Shown in pieces: positions 55,088 to 64,000 of a stretch of 64,000 nt of DNA. The stretch's first letter is position 1. The number at the start of each line of letters is the position of its first letter. The DNA comes from a virus (lineage: Duplodnaviria; Caudoviricetes): IMG/VR virus record IMGVR_UViG_3300014203_000001, positions 64,001 through 128,000 of that record; one strand, written 5' to 3'. Below the pieces are notes generated by a model. That model made no database searches, was not told where the DNA came from, and was given only the letters and a program-made list of their open reading frames with translations. The position numbers and the translations under genes are program-made.

Positions 55088-55762
55088 TTGGTAATGAGTG
55101 GAAAAATTATTGTATTTGAGGGGTTAGATTGTAGTTTTAAAGAGACCAATTCTAAGGCTTACTACGAGTATCTTTTATCTAAAGGAGAAAAGGCAAGTAT
55201 ATATCACTTTCCTAAATATGAAGAAGAATCTTCTTATTTTGTAAGAGAGTATCTTGCTGGCAAATATGGAGATACTAAAGAATTAAATCATGGGGTAGTA
55301 TCTATGCTGTATATGGTAGATATGTTCGATAGTGCTAAGAAACATATCATTCCAGATTTAATGGATGGAAAAACTATTATTCTAGATCGATATTGGTATT
55401 CTAATCTTTACTTTAGAATTGGTATTTCTAGAATGATTAAAGATAATATTCTACCTAATTGGATATGCGATACTATAGGAGCTATTTCTAAAATATTAGA
55501 ACTACCTACAGCTGATATTGTAGTGAAATTAAAATCAAACCCTGGCGTTATGCTAGATTTTGTACATAAAAAGAACACAAAGAATGATCAACACGAAAAC
55601 AACGACGAGCTTCTACTTACAGTAGCAGATGTTTTTAATAATATAAATCTTGGAGATTATGTAAACGATAAAGTTGTTGACGTATATACAACTAACAATG
55701 GAGAAGTACGATCTAAGGACGATATCTTTAGTGATATCTTAAAGGTATTATGCGATGAATAG
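55088..55762 (+). CDS. tmk: thymidylate (dNMP) kinase
   Basis: IIVFEGLDCSFKET (variant P-loop), FPKY, ILDRYWYSN. Confidence 0.85.
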   Translation: MVMSGKIIVFEGLDCSFKETNSKAYYEYLLSKGEKASIYHFPKYEEESSYFVREYLAGKYGDTKELNHGVVSMLYMVDMFDSAKKHIIPDLMDGKTIILDRYWYSNLYFRIGISRMIKDNILPNWICDTIGAISKILELPTADIVVKLKSNPGVMLDFVHKKNTKNDQHENNDELLLTVADVFNNINLGDYVNDKVVDVYTTNNGEVRSKDDIFSDILKVLCDE

Positions 55763-56195
55763 TGATGGGGATAGAGTAATAGCTATCTTAACAGATAGAA
55801 CATTTTGTATTAGAAATGTAGCTGTTGTGATTGATCATGTGAATAGCATAATTTCTAAAAATAGAGATGCTATTTATATATACGGAATGAATGAACGGGT
55901 AGATTCTCATGTAGAGTATTTTGCTAGAACATATGCTCTTCCTAAAGATGCTCTTAATAAATTTGAATATGATGCGACTAGCCCGTTAGCTATATCCAAA
56001 GAGTTCTTTTCTTTATTACGATATAATATCGATGAGCTTCATCTATTCACCGATTATCCAAATTCAGATACAGCTTCACTTATTACTAGGTGTAAAGAAG
56101 CAGCAATTCCAGTAACTATTATAAATAGTTCTCCTGATATTATATATGATGCAAAATCTAATGGTAGTGTAACTTATTATAAAAGAGGGGTATAA
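55755..56195 (+). CDS. SLOG/YspA-like protein (divergent)
   Basis: IAILTDR..YG..VDSHVEYFA..LFTD..SDTASLI..AAIPVTII. Confidence 0.45.
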   Translation: MNSDGDRVIAILTDRTFCIRNVAVVIDHVNSIISKNRDAIYIYGMNERVDSHVEYFARTYALPKDALNKFEYDATSPLAISKEFFSLLRYNIDELHLFTDYPNSDTASLITRCKEAAIPVTIINSSPDIIYDAKSNGSVTYYKRGV

Positions 56196-56196
56196 A

Positions 56197-57531
56197 ATGG
56201 GAATACTAAATACCGTCAAGAATTTATTTAGTAAGAAAAAGAAATTTGATAAAGAAGTAATTATCAAACAGAAAGTAGATGAGTATGGTGATTTAAGTGC
56301 AACTCTTCTATCTTTTAGTGATGCATCTTATATGTCTAGCTTAGCAGCTAAGATGTGTATAGGGCAAGAACCAGATGAGGATTATGAGAAAAGATTAGAC
56401 CATATTAGTAGAGTTGTTAATAGAGGACACGAATCCACTATTGCTCATTCTAATATAGTAATTCTTCTTCTTATGGATAAGAATTTCAGTGAGAAGTTTA
56501 CCGAGGTTTCTAATGCTTTGAAGTTTACAGATTATGCTGTTTCTAAACAAGAAGACGAATCTATCGCTATCCTTATAGGTGGTAGTATTAGAGCATATAA
56601 GTACTTTTTCAGAGAAGTTAGAGATCTCAGTAATCCTATTTGCACTGTTATTAAAGAAACTCTATATCAATCCGCCGAGTCTGTATTCTTTGAAGACTTT
56701 ATCGCAGATGGGATTATGGATAAAGAAAAATGTAGATTCTATCCAATTACTTCTACTGAAGATAAACTGGAAGAACTTACTGATGCAGAAGGTAAGAAGT
56801 ACGAAGAAAGTTTCTGTGATGCTGTAAAGAAAGAACGTGTAGTTATTAAAGGTAAAGTTTGTGATATCTTGTCTGCAGATGATGTTCTTGGTATTCTAGA
56901 TAGAACAGAGCAATATGGGTTTACTTTAAGAGATGTACTGAAACTTACTTCTTGTACTATTGTATTTCACGATATCTCAAGAGCAATAGCTAATCAAATT
57001 ACTAGACATTTTGCTGGTATTTGTCAAGAATCGCAAAGATATGTAGATTATAGCAAATCTAACTTTATTGATCCTAGCCAATTCAATATAGAAAAGTATC
57101 CAGATAAAGATAAGAAATATGAGATTGATATAAATGGTATACTACTTAGTATAAAATCTCAAGAATTAGGAGATCTATTACAATCTATATATCCTCAATT
57201 GATAAGCCAAGGTATGCTAAAACAAGATGCCCGAGGATATCTACCATTTAATGTTGCGAGTAGGCTGGTTATGACGTTTACATTTGCCGATCTTATCCAT
57301 TTTATTAAAGAGAGAAGATCACCTGCCGCTCAACCAGAAGTGAGAGTAGCTACTGATGAGCTAATTAATAATCTATATACATATGATTTAACCGCATTCT
57401 TATTTACATCTAATGGGATAGATAATCTTATAACCTTATGCGAAACACCTGTATATAAATCTAAGAAAGAAAAAGAGTTATTAGATTTAGACAATTCAAT
57501 TGATGAAGTATTAGAGGAGGTAATAGAATAA
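56197..57531 (+). CDS. thyX: flavin-dependent thymidylate synthase ThyX (long form)
   Basis: RGHESTIAH, ISRAIANQITRH..QESQRY, QDARGYLP, R..AAQPEVR. Confidence 0.85.
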   Translation: MGILNTVKNLFSKKKKFDKEVIIKQKVDEYGDLSATLLSFSDASYMSSLAAKMCIGQEPDEDYEKRLDHISRVVNRGHESTIAHSNIVILLLMDKNFSEKFTEVSNALKFTDYAVSKQEDESIAILIGGSIRAYKYFFREVRDLSNPICTVIKETLYQSAESVFFEDFIADGIMDKEKCRFYPITSTEDKLEELTDAEGKKYEESFCDAVKKERVVIKGKVCDILSADDVLGILDRTEQYGFTLRDVLKLTSCTIVFHDISRAIANQITRHFAGICQESQRYVDYSKSNFIDPSQFNIEKYPDKDKKYEIDINGILLSIKSQELGDLLQSIYPQLISQGMLKQDARGYLPFNVASRLVMTFTFADLIHFIKERRSPAAQPEVRVATDELINNLYTYDLTAFLFTSNGIDNLITLCETPVYKSKKEKELLDLDNSIDEVLEEVIE

Positions 57532-57806
57532 TGACTGAATATATGAGATTAAAAAGTGCTAGTGAGGCAATGATGCCAGAGAACAAAAGAAGAGTAATTC
57601 TAGACAACGGTGAGATAAAAGATTTTATTGAACTGCAAGTTGGAGATATCTTTCAAATTCTAAACCCAGATGGAAATATCGAGCTTATGAAATATGAAGG
57701 TAAAGTTGTATCTTGGTTGGAGTGTAAGAGTAAACCATATCTAAATGATCAACAAAGACCAACAGTAAAAGCAGATCATTTAAATACACCTCCCAACCTA
57801 AGATAG
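57531..57806 (+). CDS. hypothetical protein
   Basis: GGAGG RBS, overlapping stop/start. Confidence 0.75.
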   Translation: MTEYMRLKSASEAMMPENKRRVILDNGEIKDFIELQVGDIFQILNPDGNIELMKYEGKVVSWLECKSKPYLNDQQRPTVKADHLNTPPNLR

Positions 57807-57863
57807 AAAATTATACACGGGTATACATTTAAATGACAATGAATGAGAAGGGGAGATTAATTA

Positions 57864-58376
57864 ATGGATAATTTTAAACAGTTCGAAACGTTCAAAGAAG
57901 GAATAACTGATCTAGTAGATACAATTCCAAATATTAAAGAATATATTGGTCTTACTACTAGGGAAAAAGATGTGGTAACACATCTAATGGGTAAAGTTGA
58001 AGACAACTTTCCTAGTATCTACAATCCAGAATATCCAGCGACTTGTGCTATTAGTATCAGTGCAGTAGAAGTTAGTTTTAAAACTAGAGGGTTTTATGCT
58101 TTTGGGTGGAGGGTAAACCCTAATACTGGAGTTTATAGCTTTAGGGTATCTTTTAGTGATACAAATACTTCAATTAGTAAAAGAACAATTGAAGCGGCAT
58201 TGAAAGAAAAAGGTTGGAATTCTAGAGAAAATAAACCTAGATCGACTAGAAGAAACAACCAACCTATTAAACAAGAAGCAAGCAAGCCCAAAGAAGTATC
58301 TACCGAAGAGCAACCTGATTATACAAAAGCTATTCCAGTAGAATATGTAAAAGATACTCCAACTGAATGTAGATAA
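57864..58376 (+). CDS. hypothetical protein
   Basis: 170 aa, GGGGAG RBS. Confidence 0.8.
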   Translation: MDNFKQFETFKEGITDLVDTIPNIKEYIGLTTREKDVVTHLMGKVEDNFPSIYNPEYPATCAISISAVEVSFKTRGFYAFGWRVNPNTGVYSFRVSFSDTNTSISKRTIEAALKEKGWNSRENKPRSTRRNNQPIKQEASKPKEVSTEEQPDYTKAIPVEYVKDTPTECR

Positions 58377-58378
58377 TT

Positions 58379-58412
58379 ATATACCCCTATTCCATATGGA
58401 ATAGGGGTATAT
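58379..58412. terminator. 34-bp perfect palindrome
   Basis: atatacccctattccatatggaataggggtatat. Confidence 0.75.
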
Positions 58413-58446
58413 TCTGTCTCTACATAGAGATAAGGAGGCGATCTAT

Positions 58447-59178
58447 ATGGCTAGAGATCCAAATGGTATTATAGGAATAGACTATAGTACAGTAAAAAGA
58501 GAAGTGGTGGAGTTTCAAAGCATACCAGATTTCGATATAGAAGATTATGATTTAAGTAATCCAAAAGACTTTCCTAAGTATATAGCTTCTATAGAGAAAA
58601 TATGTAGAGGTTCTTTTGAGTATAAGAAGTATGTAAACTTCTTGAGAGAACATGGGGATATGAATAAGTGTAGTTTCTTTGAGAATGTAACTAATATTGA
58701 TTCGTTCAAGATAAAGATACATCTACATCACGAACCTATTACATTATTCGATATAGTAATGGCAGTATATAATAAGAGATGCGCTTTTAGAGAATGCATT
58801 TCAGATGAAATGGTTGCCAAAGAAGCAGTATATAATCATTACAAGATGAATATAGGATTGATTCCTCTATCAGAAACAGTCCATGAACTCGTACATAATC
58901 AATATCTATTTGTTCCATCGACTGCAGTTCTAGGAATGTATAAGAATTTCATTCAGCAATATAAAGAGTTTATAGAACCAGAAACATTAGATAATATTAA
59001 GAAAATAGAAGTAGTTAGTGAGAATTACGATCATAGTAAAGCTCAATCTTTATTGGATACTAGAATGATATTTGTAGACCCATCAGGAGCATACAAATTA
59101 CCCAAATGTGAAGATGTTATCGCTAGTTTAAAAGGTAGGGTAGAAGAATTGAAAACTAATAGTGAAGTTACAAAGTAG
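58447..59178 (+). CDS. HNH/His-Me-finger-like protein
   Basis: KCSF..IHLHH..LIPLSETVHELVH. Confidence 0.5.
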   Translation: MARDPNGIIGIDYSTVKREVVEFQSIPDFDIEDYDLSNPKDFPKYIASIEKICRGSFEYKKYVNFLREHGDMNKCSFFENVTNIDSFKIKIHLHHEPITLFDIVMAVYNKRCAFRECISDEMVAKEAVYNHYKMNIGLIPLSETVHELVHNQYLFVPSTAVLGMYKNFIQQYKEFIEPETLDNIKKIEVVSENYDHSKAQSLLDTRMIFVDPSGAYKLPKCEDVIASLKGRVEELKTNSEVTK

Positions 59179-59198
59179 TAATAACTAGATTTCTTAGT

Positions 59199-59217
59199 TA
59201 TATATTATATCTATGAA
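59199..59217 (+). promoter_or_regulatory. putative early promoter
   Basis: TATATATTAT-ATCTA-TGAA. Confidence 0.7.
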
Positions 59218-59240
59218 TAATAATAAAGTGAGGTATAATT

Positions 59241-59363
59241 ATGCTACGTGTAGAGCTGGTAAAATTAAACAGGACTGCAACTATTAGATTACCTAGGAGA
59301 TATCCAAGGATAATCAAATCTTTTATCAACTTCATTGAAGAGAACTTTTTCCTATTCTTATAA
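59241..59363 (+). CDS. 40-aa basic early peptide
   Basis: Own promoter, GAGG RBS and terminator (59362-59380). Confidence 0.65.
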   Translation: MLRVELVKLNRTATIRLPRRYPRIIKSFINFIEENFFLFL

Positions 59364-59398
59364 GCAGGTATATCCTGCTTTATTTTTTCCTTGCGTGG

Positions 59399-59410
59399 AA
59401 CATATTAGTA
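59399..59410 (+). promoter_or_regulatory. putative late promoter
   Basis: AACA-TATTAG-TA. Confidence 0.55.
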
Positions 59411-59453
59411 AAATTCGCTCTGAAATAAGTGAATTAATTACGGAGGTGTAAAT

Positions 59454-59942
59454 ATGTCTTTATTTAAAAACCCAATGGCTCTAATCACTGAGATGAGCCG
59501 TGGAGAATGTCCTGGAAAATGTAATGATGATTTAACTGTAGATCTTACTCATATTGATTTTAGTGCACTATTGGATGATATGCAATCTATTAGTATGGGA
59601 GAGCTTAAGTTCACAGAGGCAATGGTAACCGTTAGAGAGTGTAGCCGTTTAGGTTTTGATTTAGTAGAAATCGATGAATTAGCTAAGTATATGCAAAGTA
59701 ATAAAATTCGTAACTTTAAAGAAGCAATTGAGAACATTGCTGAGCATTGTGAAAGAGACGCTTCTAAATTTGCTATCGTAATCGACGAGTCAGCTATCAA
59801 AGAAGCAATTCAGGAGGCAGAATATACTTTAAAATGCCCAGATGATATTCTACGTAAGGCTAAAATTAATGGTATTGTTGATACTAAAAAAGTATTAGAT
59901 ATGCTATATGATAATGGTCTGAATGTAGTTAAAAAGTCATAA
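59454..59942 (+). CDS. hypothetical late protein, possibly head-associated
   Basis: GGAGG RBS; ITE|M, VRE|C and IDE|S motifs. Confidence 0.75.
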   Translation: MSLFKNPMALITEMSRGECPGKCNDDLTVDLTHIDFSALLDDMQSISMGELKFTEAMVTVRECSRLGFDLVEIDELAKYMQSNKIRNFKEAIENIAEHCERDASKFAIVIDESAIKEAIQEAEYTLKCPDDILRKAKINGIVDTKKVLDMLYDNGLNVVKKS

Positions 59943-59946
59943 AATG

Positions 59947-59982
59947 ATATATCAGATAACCGTATTTGGTTATCTGATATAT
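59947..59982. terminator. stem-loop
   Basis: atatatcagataacc-gtattt-ggttatctgatatat. Confidence 0.7.
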
Positions 59983-60004
59983 GCTGTGTAAAAATAATGC
60001 TGAA

Positions 60005-60023
60005 TATATATTATATACTTGAA
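60005..60023 (+). promoter_or_regulatory. putative early promoter
   Basis: TATATATTAT-ATACT-TGAA. Confidence 0.7.
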
Positions 60024-60102
60024 ACACGAAAGGTATTTTGAACAAATACAAGAAAGTGCAAGACCAAATAGACAAAATTAAAAGAAAAGAGGAGAGAGTA
60101 AA

Positions 60103-60798
60103 ATGTTAGCATTTTTCAATGCGGTGAATACATACACCGACGCATCAATAGTAAAAGATCCAGAGGGTAATGGGTTTATAACCTGTGCTGGATTCGTAAC
60201 TGTATTTCATGGGGAAATCATAGATAGTGGCACGCAAATAGTTAGTGAAGCCACCAATAACTACGGGGAAATTATGGCGATTTATATGGGTATTCAAAGT
60301 TTGTTAAAGTTTAAAGATTATGACACATTTCTTAATCTATTCTCAGATTCAAGAATCTCTGTATTGGGATTGAGAGAATGGATATATTCATGGGTGAAGA
60401 ATATGCACCCCGAAACTTATATCTTAGTCAATTCTAGTGGAACTGAGGTTATGAACCAAGAGGTGTTTTGTAACATTGTAAATTACATCGTACAGAATAA
60501 TACACACTTATCTCTGTATCATCAGAGAGGGCATCAAGATCCAACAAATGTCAAAGATATGGAGGTTGTACGGGAATCGTTCCTATCTCAGAACAATGTC
60601 GCTCTGCCAGACGATATTATCAGAGAGATTTGCTACTATAATAACATGGTAGATGAAATGACAAGAAATATTTTATTAGAATCGCTCGAGTCGTCAATAT
60701 TCAATAAAGCTAAATACCGCAGACCAAAGATAATAGCTGCAAGAAGAGTATTAAACTGGAATATGTTAGGAAAATATAAGGAATTAATAGGAGGATAA
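60103..60798 (+). CDS. rnhA: ribonuclease HI
   Basis: YTDAS, TNNYGEIMAI, FSDS, W..W, HQRGH, NNMVD give the DEDD set. Confidence 0.9.
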   Translation: MLAFFNAVNTYTDASIVKDPEGNGFITCAGFVTVFHGEIIDSGTQIVSEATNNYGEIMAIYMGIQSLLKFKDYDTFLNLFSDSRISVLGLREWIYSWVKNMHPETYILVNSSGTEVMNQEVFCNIVNYIVQNNTHLSLYHQRGHQDPTNVKDMEVVRESFLSQNNVALPDDIIREICYYNNMVDEMTRNILLESLESSIFNKAKYRRPKIIAARRVLNWNMLGKYKELIGG

Positions 60799-60802
60799 GA
60801 TA

Positions 60803-61198
60803 ATGGAAAAAATTCAAAGTGGTGTAGTAATTCAAAGAAGTAAATACCATACTGAGGCGATAAACTCATGTTATGATGAGTTTCTACGGCTAAGACCAGA
60901 TGCGAGTGTAATAGGAAATATATTCTATACATTGTTACAGGATGCAACTGCGTCTTATATCAAATCTATAGCAAAGATTGGAGACAATTCTATTTTAGAA
61001 GACAACTCTGAGCCTATAGTAAAATTAACCGAGAAGTATGCTAGAATATACTTCGCTATGAATAAAGAGGAACGAGTCTTATTGATGTTTAGATCGGCAT
61101 TGTATGATATAGTTCGAAGCTATGACGTTACTAATAAAAAGTACGATGTATTAGCTTCAACTATATATGAGAATATTAGGAAGTTAATAGTAGTTTAG
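60803..61198 (+). CDS. hypothetical protein
   Basis: 131 aa, AGGAGG RBS. Confidence 0.75.
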   Translation: MEKIQSGVVIQRSKYHTEAINSCYDEFLRLRPDASVIGNIFYTLLQDATASYIKSIAKIGDNSILEDNSEPIVKLTEKYARIYFAMNKEERVLLMFRSALYDIVRSYDVTNKKYDVLASTIYENIRKLIVV

Positions 61199-61200
61199 AT

Positions 61201-61219
61201 CATATATTATATAAGTGAG
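61201..61219 (+). promoter_or_regulatory. putative early promoter
   Basis: CATATATTAT-ATAAG-TGAG. Confidence 0.65.
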
Positions 61220-61253
61220 CGTGTATATAAAATTATAAGAGGAGGAAACACAA

Positions 61254-64000
61254 ATGGCTTGCAAAAATATCGATCACAGTTATAAATGTAACTGTGATGT
61301 AGATGGTAAAGAAGAACCGATAAGAATTGCAGATGATAATATAACTGCATACAATGGTTTATTTGCGTCCATGCCAGAGGATGATATTGCAATGGAAGAA
61401 TTTAATAGCATTATCAGCCAGCATGGATTAGACAAAGTGTGCGAAATGTTCCCGTATGTAAAAATGAAACTAAATAGATATGGTGTCTATGTTCCTATAG
61501 ATGGGAATCAATCTTCTAAGATTTCTAACTTATACCATATCCTTAAAGCTAAAAGAAGAGATGAGGCTAACGAAGCCGCAGCTGCGGCTAAACCTAATCC
61601 TTTTTCTAGCTTATTAAAATCAATGCAACCAAAACCTGCACAACAACCACAGGTTCAAGCTCCAACACAACAAGTAGCTCAACCTGTGAATAGAACACAA
61701 GCACAACCTATCCAAGCACAACCCGTTCAAAGAGAACGTACTTTAAGACCTTCTGAACGTAGAAGAAAGAATTGGTTCAGAGGATATGCACCAGAAAATT
61801 ATAAACAGCCTGTTCGTGAAGAGCAACCACAACAGCAAATTGTTGAACCACCATCACAACAACAATTGAACAACGATCCAATGTATATTAGATTCTTACA
61901 AGAAAAAGCTGTGTATGAGCAGCAACAGATGATGCAACAGCAAACCCAACAGGTTGGCGGGTATGTTTCTGCTAATCAGGATCAGCAAATGATGGGATAC
62001 GTTCCAGCATACCCACAACAACCACAGATGAACGGATACGTTCCTGCTAGCGAAGAAACCTATCCAGAAACTCAACCTACTAGAAGAATTAGTAGAGAAG
62101 AACAACAGTTTGAAGAAGCTGTAAAAAATGTGAGAGTTATTGGTGGTTTTATTCCAGATAAGGATGAAGAAAGAACTATTAGTTTTAAAGCAAGTTCTTT
62201 TCTTGGGGAGAAACATGAAGAAAAGAAATACAGTCACAACTATAAAGATACAGGGAGTTTAGAACCTAAAGGTGGAGTGGATGCATACAATCCAGAATGG
62301 CATCCAAACGATCCTAAAAATTATCCTCAACAACCAACTCAATCTATGTTTCCAACGACTCCTGCATCAAATGGTATTCCTCAACCGGCTTATTATCAAG
62401 CAGGTACTCCTGGAATGGTTAATGAGAACGTACCTGGAAAAGAAACATTCTTCTCATTGAATAAGATGGTAAGAGATAAAGCCAATCAGAATTCTAATTG
62501 GCAACCAAACCATTTAACTATCAAAACACCTGAATTCCCAGATGGGATTGATGAGTCGCATCCTGAGTTTAAACGAGTACACGCTGGGATGATGCACTTT
62601 GATTGTTTTGATGGTGAATATGAATATATGAGTGCTGGATATGTGTCTAAAGCTAAAGTAACTGGAGGGGATGGATGGATTGACCCTGCAGAACTACTTT
62701 GCCCTACAGATGATGAAGTAACTGATAAAGAGCTAGAGGATGCTCTTATTGAAAAACAATTTGGTGAGCGTATTAGAAATAATAATATGGATAATACTCC
62801 ACCAGCTCAACCAGCTAAGAGTAAAACTGGGCAAGTGAGAATGTCTCCTGAAAAAATGCAAGCACTATTTGGTAATAACTTTAAGACCAATCCAATGCCT
62901 GTACCACCATCTATTCCTTCACCACAACCTACCGCTTTCATACCACCGAATCAATTGTATCATCAACAACCGTATTACAATAATGGCATGACAATGCCAC
63001 CAAATGGAATACCACAGATGATGATGGGACCGTTGGGTCCTGTTGGTATGTCAATGCCTAATGGCTCTAGACGTATGTCTGCTGAATGGCAAGCTAGGTA
63101 TGGTGATAATGAATGGATGCTTCCTACCCAGGAAGAACTTGATAGTGGAAAATGTACAATGGCATATATCGTTAAAGGTGAACCAGAGGAAAGCATAATC
63201 GAAAAGAAAAGAGAAAGCCTTGATGATATTAAAGTCGCTGTTGTAAAAGCGCATAAAGACGAAAATGGAGTAGAGTGGGAAGAGTTTCTTTATGGAGATG
63301 AAGAAGCTGTTAATAAGAAAAAGGATAAAAAATCCATATCCTACCAAGAAGCATATGTGTTAGCTAAAAAGGTAGAAGCTGAAAATGATACATATGCTTT
63401 AGCTAAAGAACTTTCTAGATATAACACACATCTAGCAGATGATCTTCTGTGGCATCAACAAAACGCAGACCTCGATTTATTTCATCAAGTTAAGAGTGAA
63501 GCTAGAGATGCATTATTAAGATATAGAGGTGAGGACAACTTATCGGCTATCAAATCAACCGTATTTGTTGCTGGTGATAGAACTATAGTACAACCAGGTA
63601 AACCAACCTCTATGGGAGAACTAGAAAGAATTGCCATGAATGAGCTTCTAAAATATAAATCTCAAAAAGAAAAGAATGAAGCTAAAGAAGAAGAAATTAT
63701 TGAGAATTATAGAAGAAACTCAAGATCCAATCCTGTTACAATGCAGATCGAAGAAATACGATCCGGAAAATCATTAAGCACTATAGTCAAGAGGCTCCAA
63801 ACCTTTACTGATATGCGGATTATTTGCACGCCAAAAGAAGAAAAAATGAATAGAGAGTTGCAGCAACGAATAAGCGCCACTCTAAATCCTATGCAAATAA
63901 ATGAACGTGATAACTATTTTACTTGGAAAAAGCTAACCAAACTGGCTAGAAAAACTACTGGTGCTGATATGAGTAATTTCGATAGGGAGTTTGATGAATG
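61254..64000 (+). CDS. large Q/P-rich early protein, 3'-truncated (>915 aa; absent from the ORF track)
   Basis: GAGGAGG RBS; MACKNIDHSYKCNCD... apparently open to the window end. Confidence 0.85.
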   Translation, partial: MACKNIDHSYKCNCDVDGKEEPIRIADDNITAYNGLFASMPEDDIAMEEFNSIISQHGLDKVCEMFPYVKMKLNRYGVYVPIDGNQSSKISNLYHILKAKRRDEANEAAAAAKPNPFSSLLKSMQPKPAQQPQVQAPTQQVAQPVNRTQAQPIQAQPVQRERTLRPSERRRKNWFRGYAPENYKQPVREEQPQQQIVEPPSQQQLNNDPMYIRFLQEKAVYEQQQMMQQQTQQVGGYVSANQDQQMMGYVPAYPQQPQMNGYVPASEETYPETQPTRRISREEQQFEEAVKNVRVIGGFIPDKDEERTISFKASSFLGEKHEEKKYSHNYKDTGSLEPKGGVDAYNPEWHPNDPKNYPQQPTQSMFPTTPASNGIPQPAYYQAGTPGMVNENVPGKETFFSLNKMVRDKANQNSNWQPNHLTIKTPEFPDGIDESHPEFKRVHAGMMHFDCFDGEYEYMSAGYVSKAKVTGGDGWIDPAELLCPTDDEVTDKELEDALIEKQFGERIRNNNMDNTPPAQPAKSKTGQVRMSPEKMQALFGNNFKTNPMPVPPSIPSPQPTAFIPPNQLYHQQPYYNNGMTMPPNGIPQMMMGPLGPVGMSMPNGSRRMSAEWQARYGDNEWMLPTQEELDSGKCTMAYIVKGEPEESIIEKKRESLDDIKVAVVKAHKDENGVEWEEFLYGDEEAVNKKKDKKSISYQEAYVLAKKVEAENDTYALAKELSRYNTHLADDLLWHQQNADLDLFHQVKSEARDALLRYRGEDNLSAIKSTVFVAGDRTIVQPGKPTSMGELERIAMNELLKYKSQKEKNEAKEEEIIENYRRNSRSNPVTMQIEEIRSGKSLSTIVKRLQTFTDMRIICTPKEEKMNRELQQRISATLNPMQINERDNYFTWKKLTKLARKTTGADMSNFDREFDE

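Noticed and set aside
1-64000. Stop-codon reassignment (code 15 or 4) as seen in some gut jumbo phages
   Set aside because: Coding density is high under code 11. TAG (1862, 22538, 23560) and TGA (4540, 7023) end genes immediately before the next RBS or start. The single in-frame TAA at 42418 looks like a lesion.
1-64000. tRNA, rRNA, reverse transcriptase, integrase or transposase genes
   Set aside because: No cloverleaf/T-loop consensus in the intergenic gaps, and no RT, tyrosine-recombinase or DDE transposase motifs were recognised by eye.

Overview
AT-rich (about 30% GC by eye), gene-dense 64 kb segment of a phiKZ/AR9(PBS1)-like jumbo myophage, probably of a Firmicute; it uses the standard genetic code. 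It carries a virion-type RNA polymerase beta subunit, four tandem internal-head paralogues, baseplate/tail genes and a 4064-aa tape-measure-like protein ending in C39-peptidase, GH73-glucosaminidase and NlpC/CHAP domains. DNA-metabolism genes include RusA, RNase H, dTMP kinase, ThyX and PC4- and HU-like DNA binders, alongside many small accessory genes. Two phage promoter classes are visible: TATATATTAT-A-N4-TGAR (10 copies) and an AR9-like ACA-N6-TR. About 25 intergenic inverted repeats are present, many of them loop-less perfect palindromes. Most unusual: (1) a non-coding tandem array at 51981-52504 of three ~170-bp units with conserved motifs but sequence-variable double hairpins, each behind its own late-type promoter, plus a nearby ~200-nt structured C-rich RNA candidate; (2) putative head polyproteins in which MazF-like, GNAT, SLOG and permuted papain domains are bracketed by prohead-protease-type xxE|S sites, suggesting a modular injected-effector system; (3) tail lytic domains bracketed by nested in-frame DNA direct repeats. 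All family calls are motif recognition by eye, not database hits.
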